Source: an uncultured delta proteobacterium (GTDB taxonomy: Bacteria; Myxococcota; Kuafuiibacteriia; Kuafuiibacteriales; Kuafuiibacteriaceae). Taken from it: a stretch of 64,000 nucleotides of DNA. The stretch's first letter is position 1; each line of letters opens with the position of its first letter. This document shows positions 47,628-58,514 of the stretch, piece by piece. The stretch lies in the NCBI GenBank assembly GCA_963803435.1, contig CAWDML010000001.1, forward strand, positions 2,848,001 through 2,912,000, written 5' to 3'. Both the position numbers and the translations under genes were made by a program. The notes beneath the pieces were generated by a model, which had not been told where the DNA came from, searched no databases, and worked only from the letters and a program-made list of their open reading frames with translations.

Positions 47628-49630
47628 TCCTCGACCACACAGAGGTAGAACTTGTTGTTGCTCTTATCGATGATCTGGAGCTTCTCGCGCTTGTCCGGCG
47701 ATAGCACGCTCTTGAGGGTGTGGTAGCGGGACTGCTCGGTGACGATGAACTCGCGGCCCGGCCGATCGACGAAGGCGCGCATGCGTTCGTTGGCGCCGTC
47801 CTCTTTCACCTGGATGACGCGGTTGCGGCTGTAGAAGGTCTCGCCCCGCCAGTTGAGCTGATAGGCGTAGAGGGGCTCGTCGCCCCTCCGCTCCTCATAG
47901 TAGGTCTTGAACAGGTGCGCTTGGCTCCAGTGCGGCGCCAGCATGTTGAAATGATAGTGGGAGATCCACACGCCGAACACGATGCCGATCGCCCCGAGGG
48001 CGAGGAGTGAGTTGGCCCTTTGACGCAGCGCCCAGGTGGCCGCCAGCGCCACCCCCCCGACCGCGGCCAGCGTGATCAGGAAGATGCGGGGATTGATTTC
48101 GCGGGGATAGTCACGGTCGTACTTGTAGGTGAACAGGTTCACCAGGTGCTGCGGGTCGTTGATCAGATCCCGGATGGCGACCGCGAACACCATGCCCACC
48201 AAGATGCCGGAGTACCCGCTGATCCGCTTCTTCGGGTCCTCGGCCGCCCAGGTCACCCACAGCCCGATCAGGATCGCGTACGCCGGCACGCCCGGGAAGA
48301 TGTAGTGGTGGAACTTGGTCTGGCTCATCGTGAAGAACACGTAGGTCCAGACCGCCCACAGCAGGATGAAGATGGTCATGCGCCGCCGCTGAACGGTGGT
48401 CTCTTCCTCGGGCGTGCGCGCGGCGAGGCCCAGCGCGAAGGGCAGCACCGCGGTCCACGGGAACATGCCGTAGGCGAGCTGCTCGATGAAGTAGGCCATG
48501 CCCGCGCGATCACCGTGAACGCCGGCGCCGACCCGATTGAAGTTGTCGTGAATCCAGAAGCGCTCGACGAACGTCTTGCCCTCTTCGTCCCGGCCCCCGA
48601 ACAGGCTGAGCGCCACGTACCAGGGCGCGCCCACCAGGAGGAACAGCACCCAGCCCACGTAGACCTTGCTGCGCACGAGCAGGCGCCAGTCGCCGGTGAA
48701 GCCCATGTAGAGCAGGACGGTCGGACCGACCACCGCCAGCGGCGCGAGGCCCTTCGACAAGGCGGCCAGCCCGATCATCACGTAGAAGATCGAGAGGTAG
48801 CAGTCGAAGCGGGAGCCCTTGAGCAACAGGTAGCCGATGAACCCCGCCGCCAGCACCGCGGGCGGGATCACCGGCCAGATCGCATCGTGATTGTCGGCGA
48901 GCTGCTCCGCGATCAGCGCCAGCTGCCCGAACACGCACAGCGCGATCGTCGCGGCCACCGACGCCTTCATCCAGGAAGGTGCGACCGAGTCCGGCTCCTC
49001 CGCGAATACGGCGAAGCAGAAGAACGCCAGGCCGATGGTCATGAAGCCGACCAGCGGCATGTCGGCCATCGCCTGCTTGCCGATGAAGATGAAGAACGCC
49101 GAGGTGGCGAGCACCACCACCGCCATCAGGCCCGCGACCCGATCACCGCCGCGCGCCTGCTTGGCCATCTTGTAGACGGCCCAGAGCGTGAAGATGGCGA
49201 CCAGCGCGAACGGCGTCCGGATACCCCACTCGGTCCAGTGGCCCAACGGATCGCCGAGCGGGTGGGCCTCGGCGCCGACCGCGAGCATCCCGGCGGCGAT
49301 CATCCAGATGGGGAGCGCCGGCTTGCTGAAGAAGTAATGGCTCTCCCAGAAGGGGTACACGTAGTCCCCGCGAACGATCATCTCGCGGGCGACCTCGGAG
49401 TAGTGCGGCTCCCAGCAATCCCAGAGCCCGAGCGTCCCCAGGTATGGGAAAAACATCAGAAAACCGATGCCGAAGACGGTGAGGAGCGCCGCCTTCTCCG
49501 TCGGGATGAGGTCGCGGAGACGCTCGAGCCAAGGGGCCGGCTCGGGGCCCTCCGCGTTCTCAGGCACCGTCGAAACCGCTTCGAGCTCCTGCGTTGCGGA
49601 GGGCTCGATCTTCTTCTTGGTCTTGGGCAT
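47624..49630 (-). CDS. ArnT/PMT-family (GT39/GT83) membrane glycosyltransferase
   Basis: WEPHYSEVAREM, SKP, KG, PWY and KFHHYIFP motifs; many TM helices. Confidence 0.9.
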   Translation of the reverse strand: MPKTKKKIEPSATQELEAVSTVPENAEGPEPAPWLERLRDLIPTEKAALLTVFGIGFLMFFPYLGTLGLWDCWEPHYSEVAREMIVRGDYVYPFWESHYFFSKPALPIWMIAAGMLAVGAEAHPLGDPLGHWTEWGIRTPFALVAIFTLWAVYKMAKQARGGDRVAGLMAVVVLATSAFFIFIGKQAMADMPLVGFMTIGLAFFCFAVFAEEPDSVAPSWMKASVAATIALCVFGQLALIAEQLADNHDAIWPVIPPAVLAAGFIGYLLLKGSRFDCYLSIFYVMIGLAALSKGLAPLAVVGPTVLLYMGFTGDWRLLVRSKVYVGWVLFLLVGAPWYVALSLFGGRDEEGKTFVERFWIHDNFNRVGAGVHGDRAGMAYFIEQLAYGMFPWTAVLPFALGLAARTPEEETTVQRRRMTIFILLWAVWTYVFFTMSQTKFHHYIFPGVPAYAILIGLWVTWAAEDPKKRISGYSGILVGMVFAVAIRDLINDPQHLVNLFTYKYDRDYPREINPRIFLITLAAVGGVALAATWALRQRANSLLALGAIGIVFGVWISHYHFNMLAPHWSQAHLFKTYYEERRGDEPLYAYQLNWRGETFYSRNRVIQVKEDGANERMRAFVDRPGREFIVTEQSRYHTLKSVLSPDKREKLQIIDKSNNKFYLCVVEE

Positions 49631-49703
49631 CGCCGTTGTTTCGACCGAGCGGAACGCTAGGGTTCTGCCCGGAGCGTGTCAATCTCAGTATCATCCTCCA
49701 GCG

Positions 49704-52700
49704 ATGTCGGGTGCACAGCTTTTTTCATTCCTGGGCCTCGGCCTCATGCTCGCCGCCTGCGGGAGGGATGTCCCGGACGGCGGGGCCGGCAGTTCGGATC
49801 GGACGCTGTTCGTCGAGCCGGCCACGCTCGATCTCTACCTGGATCAAACGTTCACGTTCGACGTCGTCCTCACCGACGACGAGTCACCGAAGAGCGTCCT
49901 CGCGACCGAAGCGCTGACGGTAGAGGTCGGCAAGGCCGGGGTCGTCGAGGTGAACACCGAGGGTACCGGCACCGCAAAGGGCGCGGGGCAGACGTCCCTG
50001 ATCGCGGCCTACCTGGGGCTGGAGGCCGAGGCGGGCGTCGACGTCCGCGCCGGCCGGCTCACGGGCATCGACATCATCCCCGCGATGGTGCGTCTCGCGA
50101 TCGCACAGACCTCGCAGATTCGCGTGACCGGGACGCTCGACGACGGCGAGCAGCTCGATCTGACGCGGGCCTACCAGGGCACCCGATACCAGTCGTCGGA
50201 TCCGGACGTCGCCACCGTCGCCTCCGACGGCCTGGTGCGCGGCGAGCACGAGGGACACGCCACCATCGCGGTCACGCACGGCGCCTTCAGCGGACAGGTC
50301 GAGGTCGACGTCTCCAAGACCGCGGTCGAGCTGAAGCAGCTGCTCTTCGATCCGGCCGCCGTCTCGCTCGAGTTCGACGGGACGGTCCAGCTCGGTGTCT
50401 TGGGCATCGACGCCAGCGGTAACCGCATCGATCTCATCGCGACCTTCCCGACCTACCCCGTCACGTTCTCCTCGAGCGACACCGGGATCGCAGAGGTCAG
50501 TGAGACCGCGGTGGTGACCGCGCTCCGCCGATCCGGTGTCACCGCGATCGTGGCCAAGCTGGGCGACCTCACCGCGTCGGCGGAGGTCCGCGTCGTGCCT
50601 CCCGAGAGCCAGCTCGTCGGCTTGAGCGTGCGGCCCGAGATGACCGACGTGCGCGAAGGCGGCACCGTCCAGCTCCGCGTCACCGGACGCTACGCCGACG
50701 GAAGCACCGCCGACCTCACGGCCGCCAGCACCGGCACCAAGTACGTCAGCACCGACCCGGGCGCCTTCTCGGTGAGCGCCGGTGGGCTGATCACCGGGCT
50801 CACCGCGGGGCGTTCGGGGCTCGTGATCGTCGACCACGGCACCTTCGAGCGGCTGGTCAACGTCAACGTCGTCGGCGACGCCGAGCTGATCGGCATCGAG
50901 GTCCGGCCGACCACCGTGAGCCTGCGCGTGGGCGCGTCGATCCAGCTCCAGGTGCGGGCGCTCTTCGCGGACAGCACCTTCGCCGACGTCACGCCGGCCA
51001 CCAGCGGGGTCCAGTACACGCCGCCGCCCGACGGCTTTGCCACCGTCACACCGGACGGGTTGGTGCGGGCCAACTTCGCCGGCGCCGGCCAGCTGATCGT
51101 GGAGTACCGCGGCTTCCGCGTGTTCGTACCGGTGACGGCGGTCGACGAGGGCCAGATCGTCGACATCTTCATCTCGCCGCCGCAGATCTCGGTGCCCGAG
51201 GGTGGGCGCGTTCAGATCCAGGTCTTCGCGCAGCTGAGCGACGGCTCGGTCCTCGACATCACTTTCGATCCTTCGCTCATGATCGCGATCGATCGACCTC
51301 GGGTCGCCGGCTATCTCGGGGGCGGCGCGGTCGAGGGCCGGAACGCGGGGCTCACGACGCTGCGGGCGACCTACCTGGGATTCTCCGCTCAGGCGGACGT
51401 GATCGTCGGCGGGATGCAGACGCTGATCGCGATCCAGCTCTCCATCCCACCCCAGATCCAGGTCGGACAGACCGCGACCTACGCAGTGCTCGGGATCTTC
51501 TCGGACGGATCGATCCAGGACCTGACCCTCGATCCGCAGACACAGGTGACGGCGACCGATCCCTCCCTCCTCGACGTCTTCTTCGGCCTGGCGACCGGGC
51601 TCCAGCCCGGCACCACCACGGTGGTCGCCGATCATCTCGGCTTCTTGGACACCGCCGTCGTCGAGGTCACGCTCAACGTCGATCCGATCGTCGCGCTCAA
51701 CTTCCAGCCGAGCTCGCTGTCGCTGGCGGTGGGCGCCGCTGCGCCGGCCGTCCTCGTCGCGGTCCACCAGTCGGGCCTCGTCAATGAGGTCACGCTCGAT
51801 CCGGGTGTGGTCTACTCCTCGACCGGCCCCATCTCCACCGTGCTCGGGCCGACCGGCCTGCAGGTGAGCGGGCTCGGCCCGGGGACGGGACAGGTGGTCG
51901 CGACCTACCAAGGATTGACGGCCCGCCTCGACGTCACCGTCGGGATGACCAGCACGATCGTCGGCATCGACATCGTCTCGCCGTCGACGATCGGCGTCGG
52001 CGCCGGGGACAGCTTCTTCGTGGTGGTCTTCTTCTCGGACGGCACCTTCTCGGAGATCACCTTCGAGCCCGATCTGATGCTGTCGTCGAGCAACCCGATG
52101 ATCCTTGACGTCGGCGTTGGCTCGCTGACCGGGATCTCGGCCGGGACCGCCAACATCGTCGCCTCGTATCGAGGCTTCACGGACGTTCAGAGCGTCGCGG
52201 TCGGATCCGACATCGTCATCGCGCTGATGTTCGTCCCTCCCGCCCTGACCATGCAGGTCGGCGTCCAGGCGACCGCTCAGGTGATCGCGGTGTTCGCCTC
52301 GGGTCGCCAGGTCAACGTGACCTTCGATCCGGGCCTCAACATCAACTTCAACGGCCCGATCAACATCGGCCCGGGGGCCGGGGGCAACATCGTGATCGAC
52401 GCGTTCGGCCCGGGGACCGCCTCGATCATGGCGTCGTACCAGGGGCTGGCTGCGACGCTCCCCATCACCATCCAGAGCACGCAGGTGCTGGTGGGGATCA
52501 CGCTGCGGGCGCCGATGCAGATCGACCTCGGCACCACCGACACCTATCGCGTCATCGCCAACTTCTCCGACGGGAGCACCCAGAACGTGACCCTCGACCC
52601 GAGCGTCTCGATCTCGGTCGCCGACGCATCGGTGCTCTCGGCCATGAACGGCGTCCTGAACGGCCTGAGCGTGGGAATGACCACCGTGACAGCCAATTAC

Positions 52701-54762
52701 CAGGGCTTCGCGGACTCGCGGGTCGTCGCGGTGATCGACAGCGACCCCGTCGTCGCGATCTTCTGGAACCCACCGCAGCTCAACCTGCAGGTCGGCGCCA
52801 GCGCAAACGCTCAGGTGTTCGCGCTGTCCGCCGGCGGGAACGCGGTCGACGTCACCTCTGCCCCCGGGATCATGCTCAGCGCCACCGGCCCGATCATTAC
52901 GGTCGCGGGTCCGGGCGGCCTGCAGGTCACCGGCAACGCGCAGGGCAACGGTCAGGTGACCGCCACCTACCAGGGATTCGTCGCGGGGTTGCCGGTCACC
53001 GTGGGGAACGCGCCGATGCTGGTCGCGATCCGGATCCAGCCGCCGAGCGTCCAGCTCGCCGAGGGCGACACCATCCAGCTCACCGTGATCGGCGTGTTCA
53101 GCGACGGCTCCGAGTCGCCGATCAGCGGGGCGACCTTCGTCGACTTCGATCCGAGCGTCGCCTCGATCTCGCCCACCGGCCTCGTCACGGCGCTCAGCTC
53201 CGGCACCGGCGGTGCGCTGGTCACGTTCGGGAACTTCGCGGAGTTCGTCCAGATCGACGTCTTCACGGCGATGGGCCCGATGATCACCACCATCAGCCCG
53301 GCTGCGGTCCTGGTCGGCTCACCGGCCACCGCCCTCACCGTGAACGGCAGCGGCTTCTCGATGGGAGACTCGATCTTCGTCAGCGGCGTGACGCTCACCA
53401 CCACGTTCGTCTCGGGGACCCGTCTCACCGCGCAGGTGCCGAGCTTCCTGCTGGCCTTCCCGGCCTCGCTCGACGTTCAGGTGCGCGGTGCGAACGGACG
53501 CTCGAACATCGTGCGGCTCTTGGTCGGCCAGATCCCCGACGTCACCAGCTACTCGCCGGACAGCGTGTTCGTGGGGAGCAGCGTCGACGTCACCGCGATC
53601 GGCACCGGCCTGGTCAACCTCTCCTTCGCGGCGACCGGAGGTCTCACCGTGACCCAGCTCGCCGTCGCGCCCGACGGCACCTGGGTGCGACTCCGCATCA
53701 CGGCGCCAGCCACCGCCACCGCGGGCATGAAGACCGTGACGCTCTCCAACCCGCTCGGCATGGACACGATCCAGATCCAGGTGATCGCGACGCAGGGCCT
53801 GATGGATCTGCTGGTGAGCTCCGGTCAGACCGTGACATTGAGTGGAACGAACGTCTATGCGAACGTCACGGTGCAGACCGGAGGACGGATCCTGGGCGGC
53901 GGGCTCGGCACGCTCGCGATCATCGCCTCCAACACCATCACGATCCGCGGCACGATCGACGTGAGCGGCGATCCCGGCGTCCAGGGCTTCACCAACCCGG
54001 CGGCCGGCGGTGACGCGGGCCCGGGCGGCGGCGGCGGCGGCGGCGGCGGCGACGGGAACGCGATGAACCCGGCGGCGGGTGGTGCCGGATCTCCTGCCGG
54101 AGGCAACGCATGGCCGGGGTTCGGCGCGGGCACGCCGGGCGGGGACGGCGGCGGTGAGGGCGGCGGCGGCGGCGGCGCGTTCGGCTGCGCGCACGGCGGC
54201 GGCGGCGGCGCGCTCGGGGGCAACGGCGGCAGCGGCGGCGGCGATTTCGGTCCGGGGAGCGGCGGCTTCGGCGGCGTCGCCGGTGGGCGCGGCAGCACGT
54301 TCGGCGACGGCACCGGCGGCGGCGGTGGCTCGACCTGCGGCAACGCCTCGGGCGGCGGCGGCGGCGGCGGCGGCGGCGGGCTGATCCTGCAGGTCGCACC
54401 CGGCGGCGCGGTCCTCGTCGACGGCGCGATCCGCGCGAACGGCGGCGGCGGCGGCGACGGCTTCCAGAACACCGGCGGAGGAGGTGGTGGATCCGGCGGC
54501 CGCGTCGAGGTCCTCGCACCCAGCGGGACGATCACCGTCAACGACACCATCAGCGCTCGCGGCGGCGCCGGCGGCGACACCGACTTCGGCGATACCGGCG
54601 GCGGCGGTGGCGGCGGGCTGATCGTGATCGACGCGACCGGCGGAAGCGCCAACGTCGGGCTCGGTCTGCTCGACGTCGCCGGCGGATTCCGCAGGCGCCT
54701 CGCTCGGCAACGGCTTCCCGGGAGAGACCGGGACGGTCGGTCAGAGCACGATCACGCCCTGA
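49704..54762 (+). CDS. Giant surface lipoprotein: many Big_2 Ig repeats, IPT/TIG domains, Gly-rich tail (probable frameshift near 54689)
   Basis: Lipobox LAAC; ~85-aa repeats (QL.V.G.FSDGS..D.T...SS...VA....G...G.A.I.A.Y.G); GGGGGG-rich C-terminus. Confidence 0.88.
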
Positions 54763-54769
54763 CCTCTCC

Positions 54770-56392
54770 TCAGCGCACGTCGAGCAAGAGGAACCCGTTC
54801 GCCGGGAGCTTGACCCGGTAGCGGTTCGACGTGATCGGCGGCGCCTCCTTTCCCGTGTAGAGGTCCGTCGGCGTCTGGCCCAGCTGAAGTCCGCTCCCCG
54901 TGAGATCGACGGTGACCCAGCTCGGCTTGTCCGAGATGTTGTAGACGTTCAGCGCGCGCTTGCGCCCGTCGAGGCTGGTCCGGAGCGTCGCGTAGTGGTG
55001 CGGATCGGGGCCGCTCGAGAGCTGCGTCCGCTCCCCGCCGGGCGCCAGCGCCGGGTTCGACGCGAGCGTGGCCGACAGCCGGTCGATCTTCGCCTTGCGG
55101 TCCGCACTCCAGTCCCGGTAGTTCACGTCCTCGCCGTCACCCGTCCAGTCCATGACGTCGAGCTGGACGCCGTTGCCGCCCAGCACTGCGCCGGTCAAGA
55201 GCTGCTTGTCGACGTCCTTGTTGTAGACCCAGATGCGCGAGACGCCGCCGCCCTTCGCCGCGGCCGCGTCGCGGAGCTCGAACACCTCCTCCAGATCGCT
55301 CGCGGTCTCGGTGCCCTCGCGGACTTGATCCACGATGGTCTTGTTGTCGTCGTCCTGGCCGAAGATGCCGAAGTTGAAGCCGTACTTTCCGTACTCGTCC
55401 TTCAACGCGTCGGGACCGGTGCCCTCGGGGAAGATGAACTTCGCGCCGTAGGCGTGGGGCAGATCGCCCATCAGATACTTCTTGGTCTCCGCCGTGGCGC
55501 CGAGCTGCACGTAGGGCGCGTCGAACGTGATGCCGTCGATCCCTGCCTCGAGCCACGGCTTCATCGAGTCCGCGACGTAGTCGACACCCTCCTGCCTCGC
55601 GTAGTCGATCGCCGGCCGGTCCCACGAGGTGGCGTACCAGGACTTCGCCTCCTTGCTGTAGGCCCATCGCAGCTCGGGGTTGCCGAGGTCTCCCTTCGGT
55701 TTGGTGCTCGACCAGCGGAAGATGCGGGTCGCGACCGTGTCCCGGCCGGCCGCCTTGTCCTCGACAGCCTGCCGAAAGAGCGCCGAGTCCCGAGTGACGT
55801 TCTGCGGGCCCATGTACGTGGTCACCGCCAGGCCGCGCTCGTGCGCCGCGGAGACGAGCGCCTTGAAGTCGTCCATCGTGCCCAGCTTGGGATCCGGGTG
55901 CTTCAGATCGATGGGGACGCCGCCCAGCCACCCACCCGGATCGCCCTGGTACGGCGGGTAGATCAGGATCGCGCCGACGCCGCGCGCCTTGGCGGCGTCG
56001 AGCTCGCCGATGAGGTCGCGGAACGTCTGGTGGCTGACCTCCGGGAAGTACCACTGGGCGGCATTGCTCCTCCTCTGCCAGTCGTCGGGGAGCCCCGGCC
56101 GAGCGGGGGCGCGGATCGCGGCCAGCGTCTCGGCGCGCCGCTGTTGGCTGTGCGGGCTGCGCTCGACGGCGCCCATCCGCGCCAGCCACGCGGCCTGGGT
56201 GGTGGCCGAGTCGACGCCGCCAAAGCGGAGCGGGCCGCGGCGGTTCGATCGCTTCACCCGGGCGCCCGACGCGCCAGCGATCTCCGCCGGCTGACCGTTG
56301 GTCGCGTCGATGTCCACCTCGGGCGCGCGTTCGGCCTCGACCGGACGGACGTGCGGGAACAGCGGTGTCTGGGTGTTGATGCCGAAGGCCAC
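54770..56392 (-). CDS. Divergent GH13 alpha-amylase-family protein with a low-complexity N-terminal extension
   Basis: DPKLGTMDDFKALVSAAHERGLAV, GIDGITFDAP, FPEG, C-terminal beta-sandwich; start revised to GTG 56392. Confidence 0.82.
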   Translation of the reverse strand: MAFGINTQTPLFPHVRPVEAERAPEVDIDATNGQPAEIAGASGARVKRSNRRGPLRFGGVDSATTQAAWLARMGAVERSPHSQQRRAETLAAIRAPARPGLPDDWQRRSNAAQWYFPEVSHQTFRDLIGELDAAKARGVGAILIYPPYQGDPGGWLGGVPIDLKHPDPKLGTMDDFKALVSAAHERGLAVTTYMGPQNVTRDSALFRQAVEDKAAGRDTVATRIFRWSSTKPKGDLGNPELRWAYSKEAKSWYATSWDRPAIDYARQEGVDYVADSMKPWLEAGIDGITFDAPYVQLGATAETKKYLMGDLPHAYGAKFIFPEGTGPDALKDEYGKYGFNFGIFGQDDDNKTIVDQVREGTETASDLEEVFELRDAAAAKGGGVSRIWVYNKDVDKQLLTGAVLGGNGVQLDVMDWTGDGEDVNYRDWSADRKAKIDRLSATLASNPALAPGGERTQLSSGPDPHHYATLRTSLDGRKRALNVYNISDKPSWVTVDLTGSGLQLGQTPTDLYTGKEAPPITSNRYRVKLPANGFLLLDVR

Positions 56393-56405
56393 GGACGACG
56401 CCGGT

Positions 56406-56421
56406 TGCAACCGACGCTCCA
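56406..56421 (-). promoter_or_regulatory. sigma54-type promoter of the GH13 gene
   Basis: TGGAGCGTCGGTTGCA (GG-N10-GC with TTGCA); predicted +1 about 56395. Confidence 0.5.
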
Positions 56422-56494
56422 ACAGGCCGTGGGTCAGGAGACAAGCGCGAAGCGAGACACGCCGCCCTCGCTGCGAGGAGTGGGAACCTCGGAT

Positions 56495-56665
56495 CTAGAA
56501 GTCGCCGCGCAGCTGCTTCAGCTTGTAGATCGCGACCACGTAGACGACGCCGCTGACGAGGCTGCTCACCATGAAGTCCGTGAAGGGCGACGCGATGTCA
56601 CCCAGCAGGAGATGGGAGACGTACCCGATACCCGACGCGATGATCATGGCGGTGAGGTGCAACAT
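56495..56665 (-). CDS. Small 56-aa two-TM membrane protein
   Basis: MLHLTAMIIASGIGYVSHLLLGDIASPFTDFMVSSLVSGVVYVVAIYKLKQLRGDF; strong GC3 bias; TATGAT upstream; not in the ORF track. Confidence 0.75.
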   Translation of the reverse strand: MLHLTAMIIASGIGYVSHLLLGDIASPFTDFMVSSLVSGVVYVVAIYKLKQLRGDF

Positions 56666-56677
56666 GGCGCTCGAGCA

Positions 56678-58498
56678 TCATACCAGGACCCGGCGCAGAC
56701 GGCGCGGGCGCTCCGGGCTCGGCGTCTCCGACGACGAGGCGGGCGCACGACCGAAGATCCACGCCGTCAGGTCGATGGTGTCGCCTGCGCCCACGGTTCC
56801 ACCGCGCTTGTCGGCGAGACGGCGACACGCGGCGAACACGTAGGTTCGACCGCTCGCCGGATCGCGATGAAAGCGATCGCGCAGGATTTGCTCGCGCGCG
56901 TCGTCCGAGAGGCCGAAGCGGCGCTGGAGCGCGTCGGCGATCGCCTGCTCGGCGGCCAAGCCCTCCGCGGGGAACGTTGGATAGACCGGCCAGAGCTCGC
57001 GCTTCTTGCCGTGCGCCACCTTGATCTCTCCGCTCGGGTTGGCCGCCTTGTTCGTCACGGCCTGGCGCGCACGGAGCAGCGAGAGCACCTGCCGTCGCGG
57101 ATCGATCGGTCCGTCAATCACCAGGAGATCGACGGCGAAACCGTGGAGATGGAGCCGCTTCAGATCGAGACCGTCGAGGAGCGCCTCGGCGGCCGCCAGC
57201 ATCACGGCGGGCGCTTCCGCGTCCTCCTTCCGCCAGTCGCCTTCGACCATCCCGGCGGCCTTCAAGCGCTCGAACAGGCCCGGGCCCTCGGAGCCCGGGT
57301 TGAGAGACAGTGAGTCGATCGCGCCGGACAGCGTCCGCATCAGCAGGGCCTCGTTCGCCACCAGCTTGGCCTTCGCGTACTCGATGTGGACCTGCGCCTT
57401 CGGGTTGGCGGTACGCACGGCGTCGAGCTGCGATCGAAACTGCTCGGCCTCCGGGACCGCACCGGGCGGCCCGAGCGTCTGATAGTGGGCTCCCGACAGA
57501 AAGAATCTGTCGTGGCTCCGACCGATCCGGGCGAGCGCCTCCGGCGTCATGTCGCCGAACGTCGATCGCTGGCTGACGGGCGTGCCCAGGATGAAGCGGC
57601 CGCCGTCAGTGAGAGGGCGCGCCTGGAGCTCCCGATCGCCGATGCGAAGCCGGAACGTCCGCTGCTGGGGGAACGCAGCCACGTAGTTGCGGCGGGGCGT
57701 GAGGGTCTCGTCCACGCGCGCCTCCTTCGCACAGCGGAGCCCCGAACGATCGAGCTGGTGCACGTTGGGTCCGAACTGCGCCGCGATCTCGGGCGCGTGA
57801 TCTTCCCACGCGAAGAAGTCCACGCCCAGGATCTCGGCGCCATCCTTCGAGGCATCCGCGTTCAACACGGCGGCGACGTTCGCGCCGAAGGCAGCGGCGC
57901 CGCCCATCGCCATCTTCAACGGACGGCCCATTCGCGTCAGCGCGTCCTCGAGCCAGCGGGCCACCGGCTCGGCCATGTTGATCGGGACCGAAGTCTCCCT
58001 GCCGTTGACGATCTGGCGGATCAAGCTCGCCACCAGCTGCCACGGCGACTCCGGCCCCGACCAGATCTCCTCGCCCGGCGGTCCCTGCTCGATCGCGGTC
58101 ATCAGCTGCTCGGCCGTGATCGCGGAGTCGGTGCGAAGCACCTCGTCGATCAAGCCCTGGAGGACGCGCGGCGAACAGTCGAACTTCGCGTCGAGCAGCC
58201 GGCTGAATCCGAAGAACAGCCGCTGCGGCTCGGGGACCATCCGGGCGGCCTCGGCCGAGAGGCGGACCAGCGCGTCGTACTGCGCTTCGCTCACGCGCGG
58301 ATCGAGCCGCCGGGCGAACGCGAGCTCCGTGCTCCGCAGGGTCCCGACCGGATCCGCGACGGATCGCGCGATGCCACGGTGGTCGAGCTGCGCCCACAGC
58401 TCGCGCCGGGTCGCGGCGGGCGCGTGGCGTGGGTCGAGCGTGACGACGCTCGCGACCCTCGATGCGGCCTGGACCTCTTGACGCCTCGCGGTCCTCAC
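56678..58498 (-). CDS. ADP-dependent glucokinase/phosphofructokinase-family protein with N-terminal extension
   Basis: MGGAAAFGAN, RFILG, FLSG, VHIEYA, IDSLSLN, RLHLH and TVGAGDTI in the order of PF04587 motifs; start uncertain (58498 or upstream). Confidence 0.8.
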   Translation of the reverse strand: MRTARRQEVQAASRVASVVTLDPRHAPAATRRELWAQLDHRGIARSVADPVGTLRSTELAFARRLDPRVSEAQYDALVRLSAEAARMVPEPQRLFFGFSRLLDAKFDCSPRVLQGLIDEVLRTDSAITAEQLMTAIEQGPPGEEIWSGPESPWQLVASLIRQIVNGRETSVPINMAEPVARWLEDALTRMGRPLKMAMGGAAAFGANVAAVLNADASKDGAEILGVDFFAWEDHAPEIAAQFGPNVHQLDRSGLRCAKEARVDETLTPRRNYVAAFPQQRTFRLRIGDRELQARPLTDGGRFILGTPVSQRSTFGDMTPEALARIGRSHDRFFLSGAHYQTLGPPGAVPEAEQFRSQLDAVRTANPKAQVHIEYAKAKLVANEALLMRTLSGAIDSLSLNPGSEGPGLFERLKAAGMVEGDWRKEDAEAPAVMLAAAEALLDGLDLKRLHLHGFAVDLLVIDGPIDPRRQVLSLLRARQAVTNKAANPSGEIKVAHGKKRELWPVYPTFPAEGLAAEQAIADALQRRFGLSDDAREQILRDRFHRDPASGRTYVFAACRRLADKRGGTVGAGDTIDLTAWIFGRAPASSSETPSPERPRRLRRVLV

Positions 58499-58514
58499 GG
58501 GGATCCGGATCGGG

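Noticed and set aside
53989-54652. GGC microsatellites and Pro- or Arg-rich antisense ORFs
   Set aside because: Explained by glycine codons of the giant surface protein
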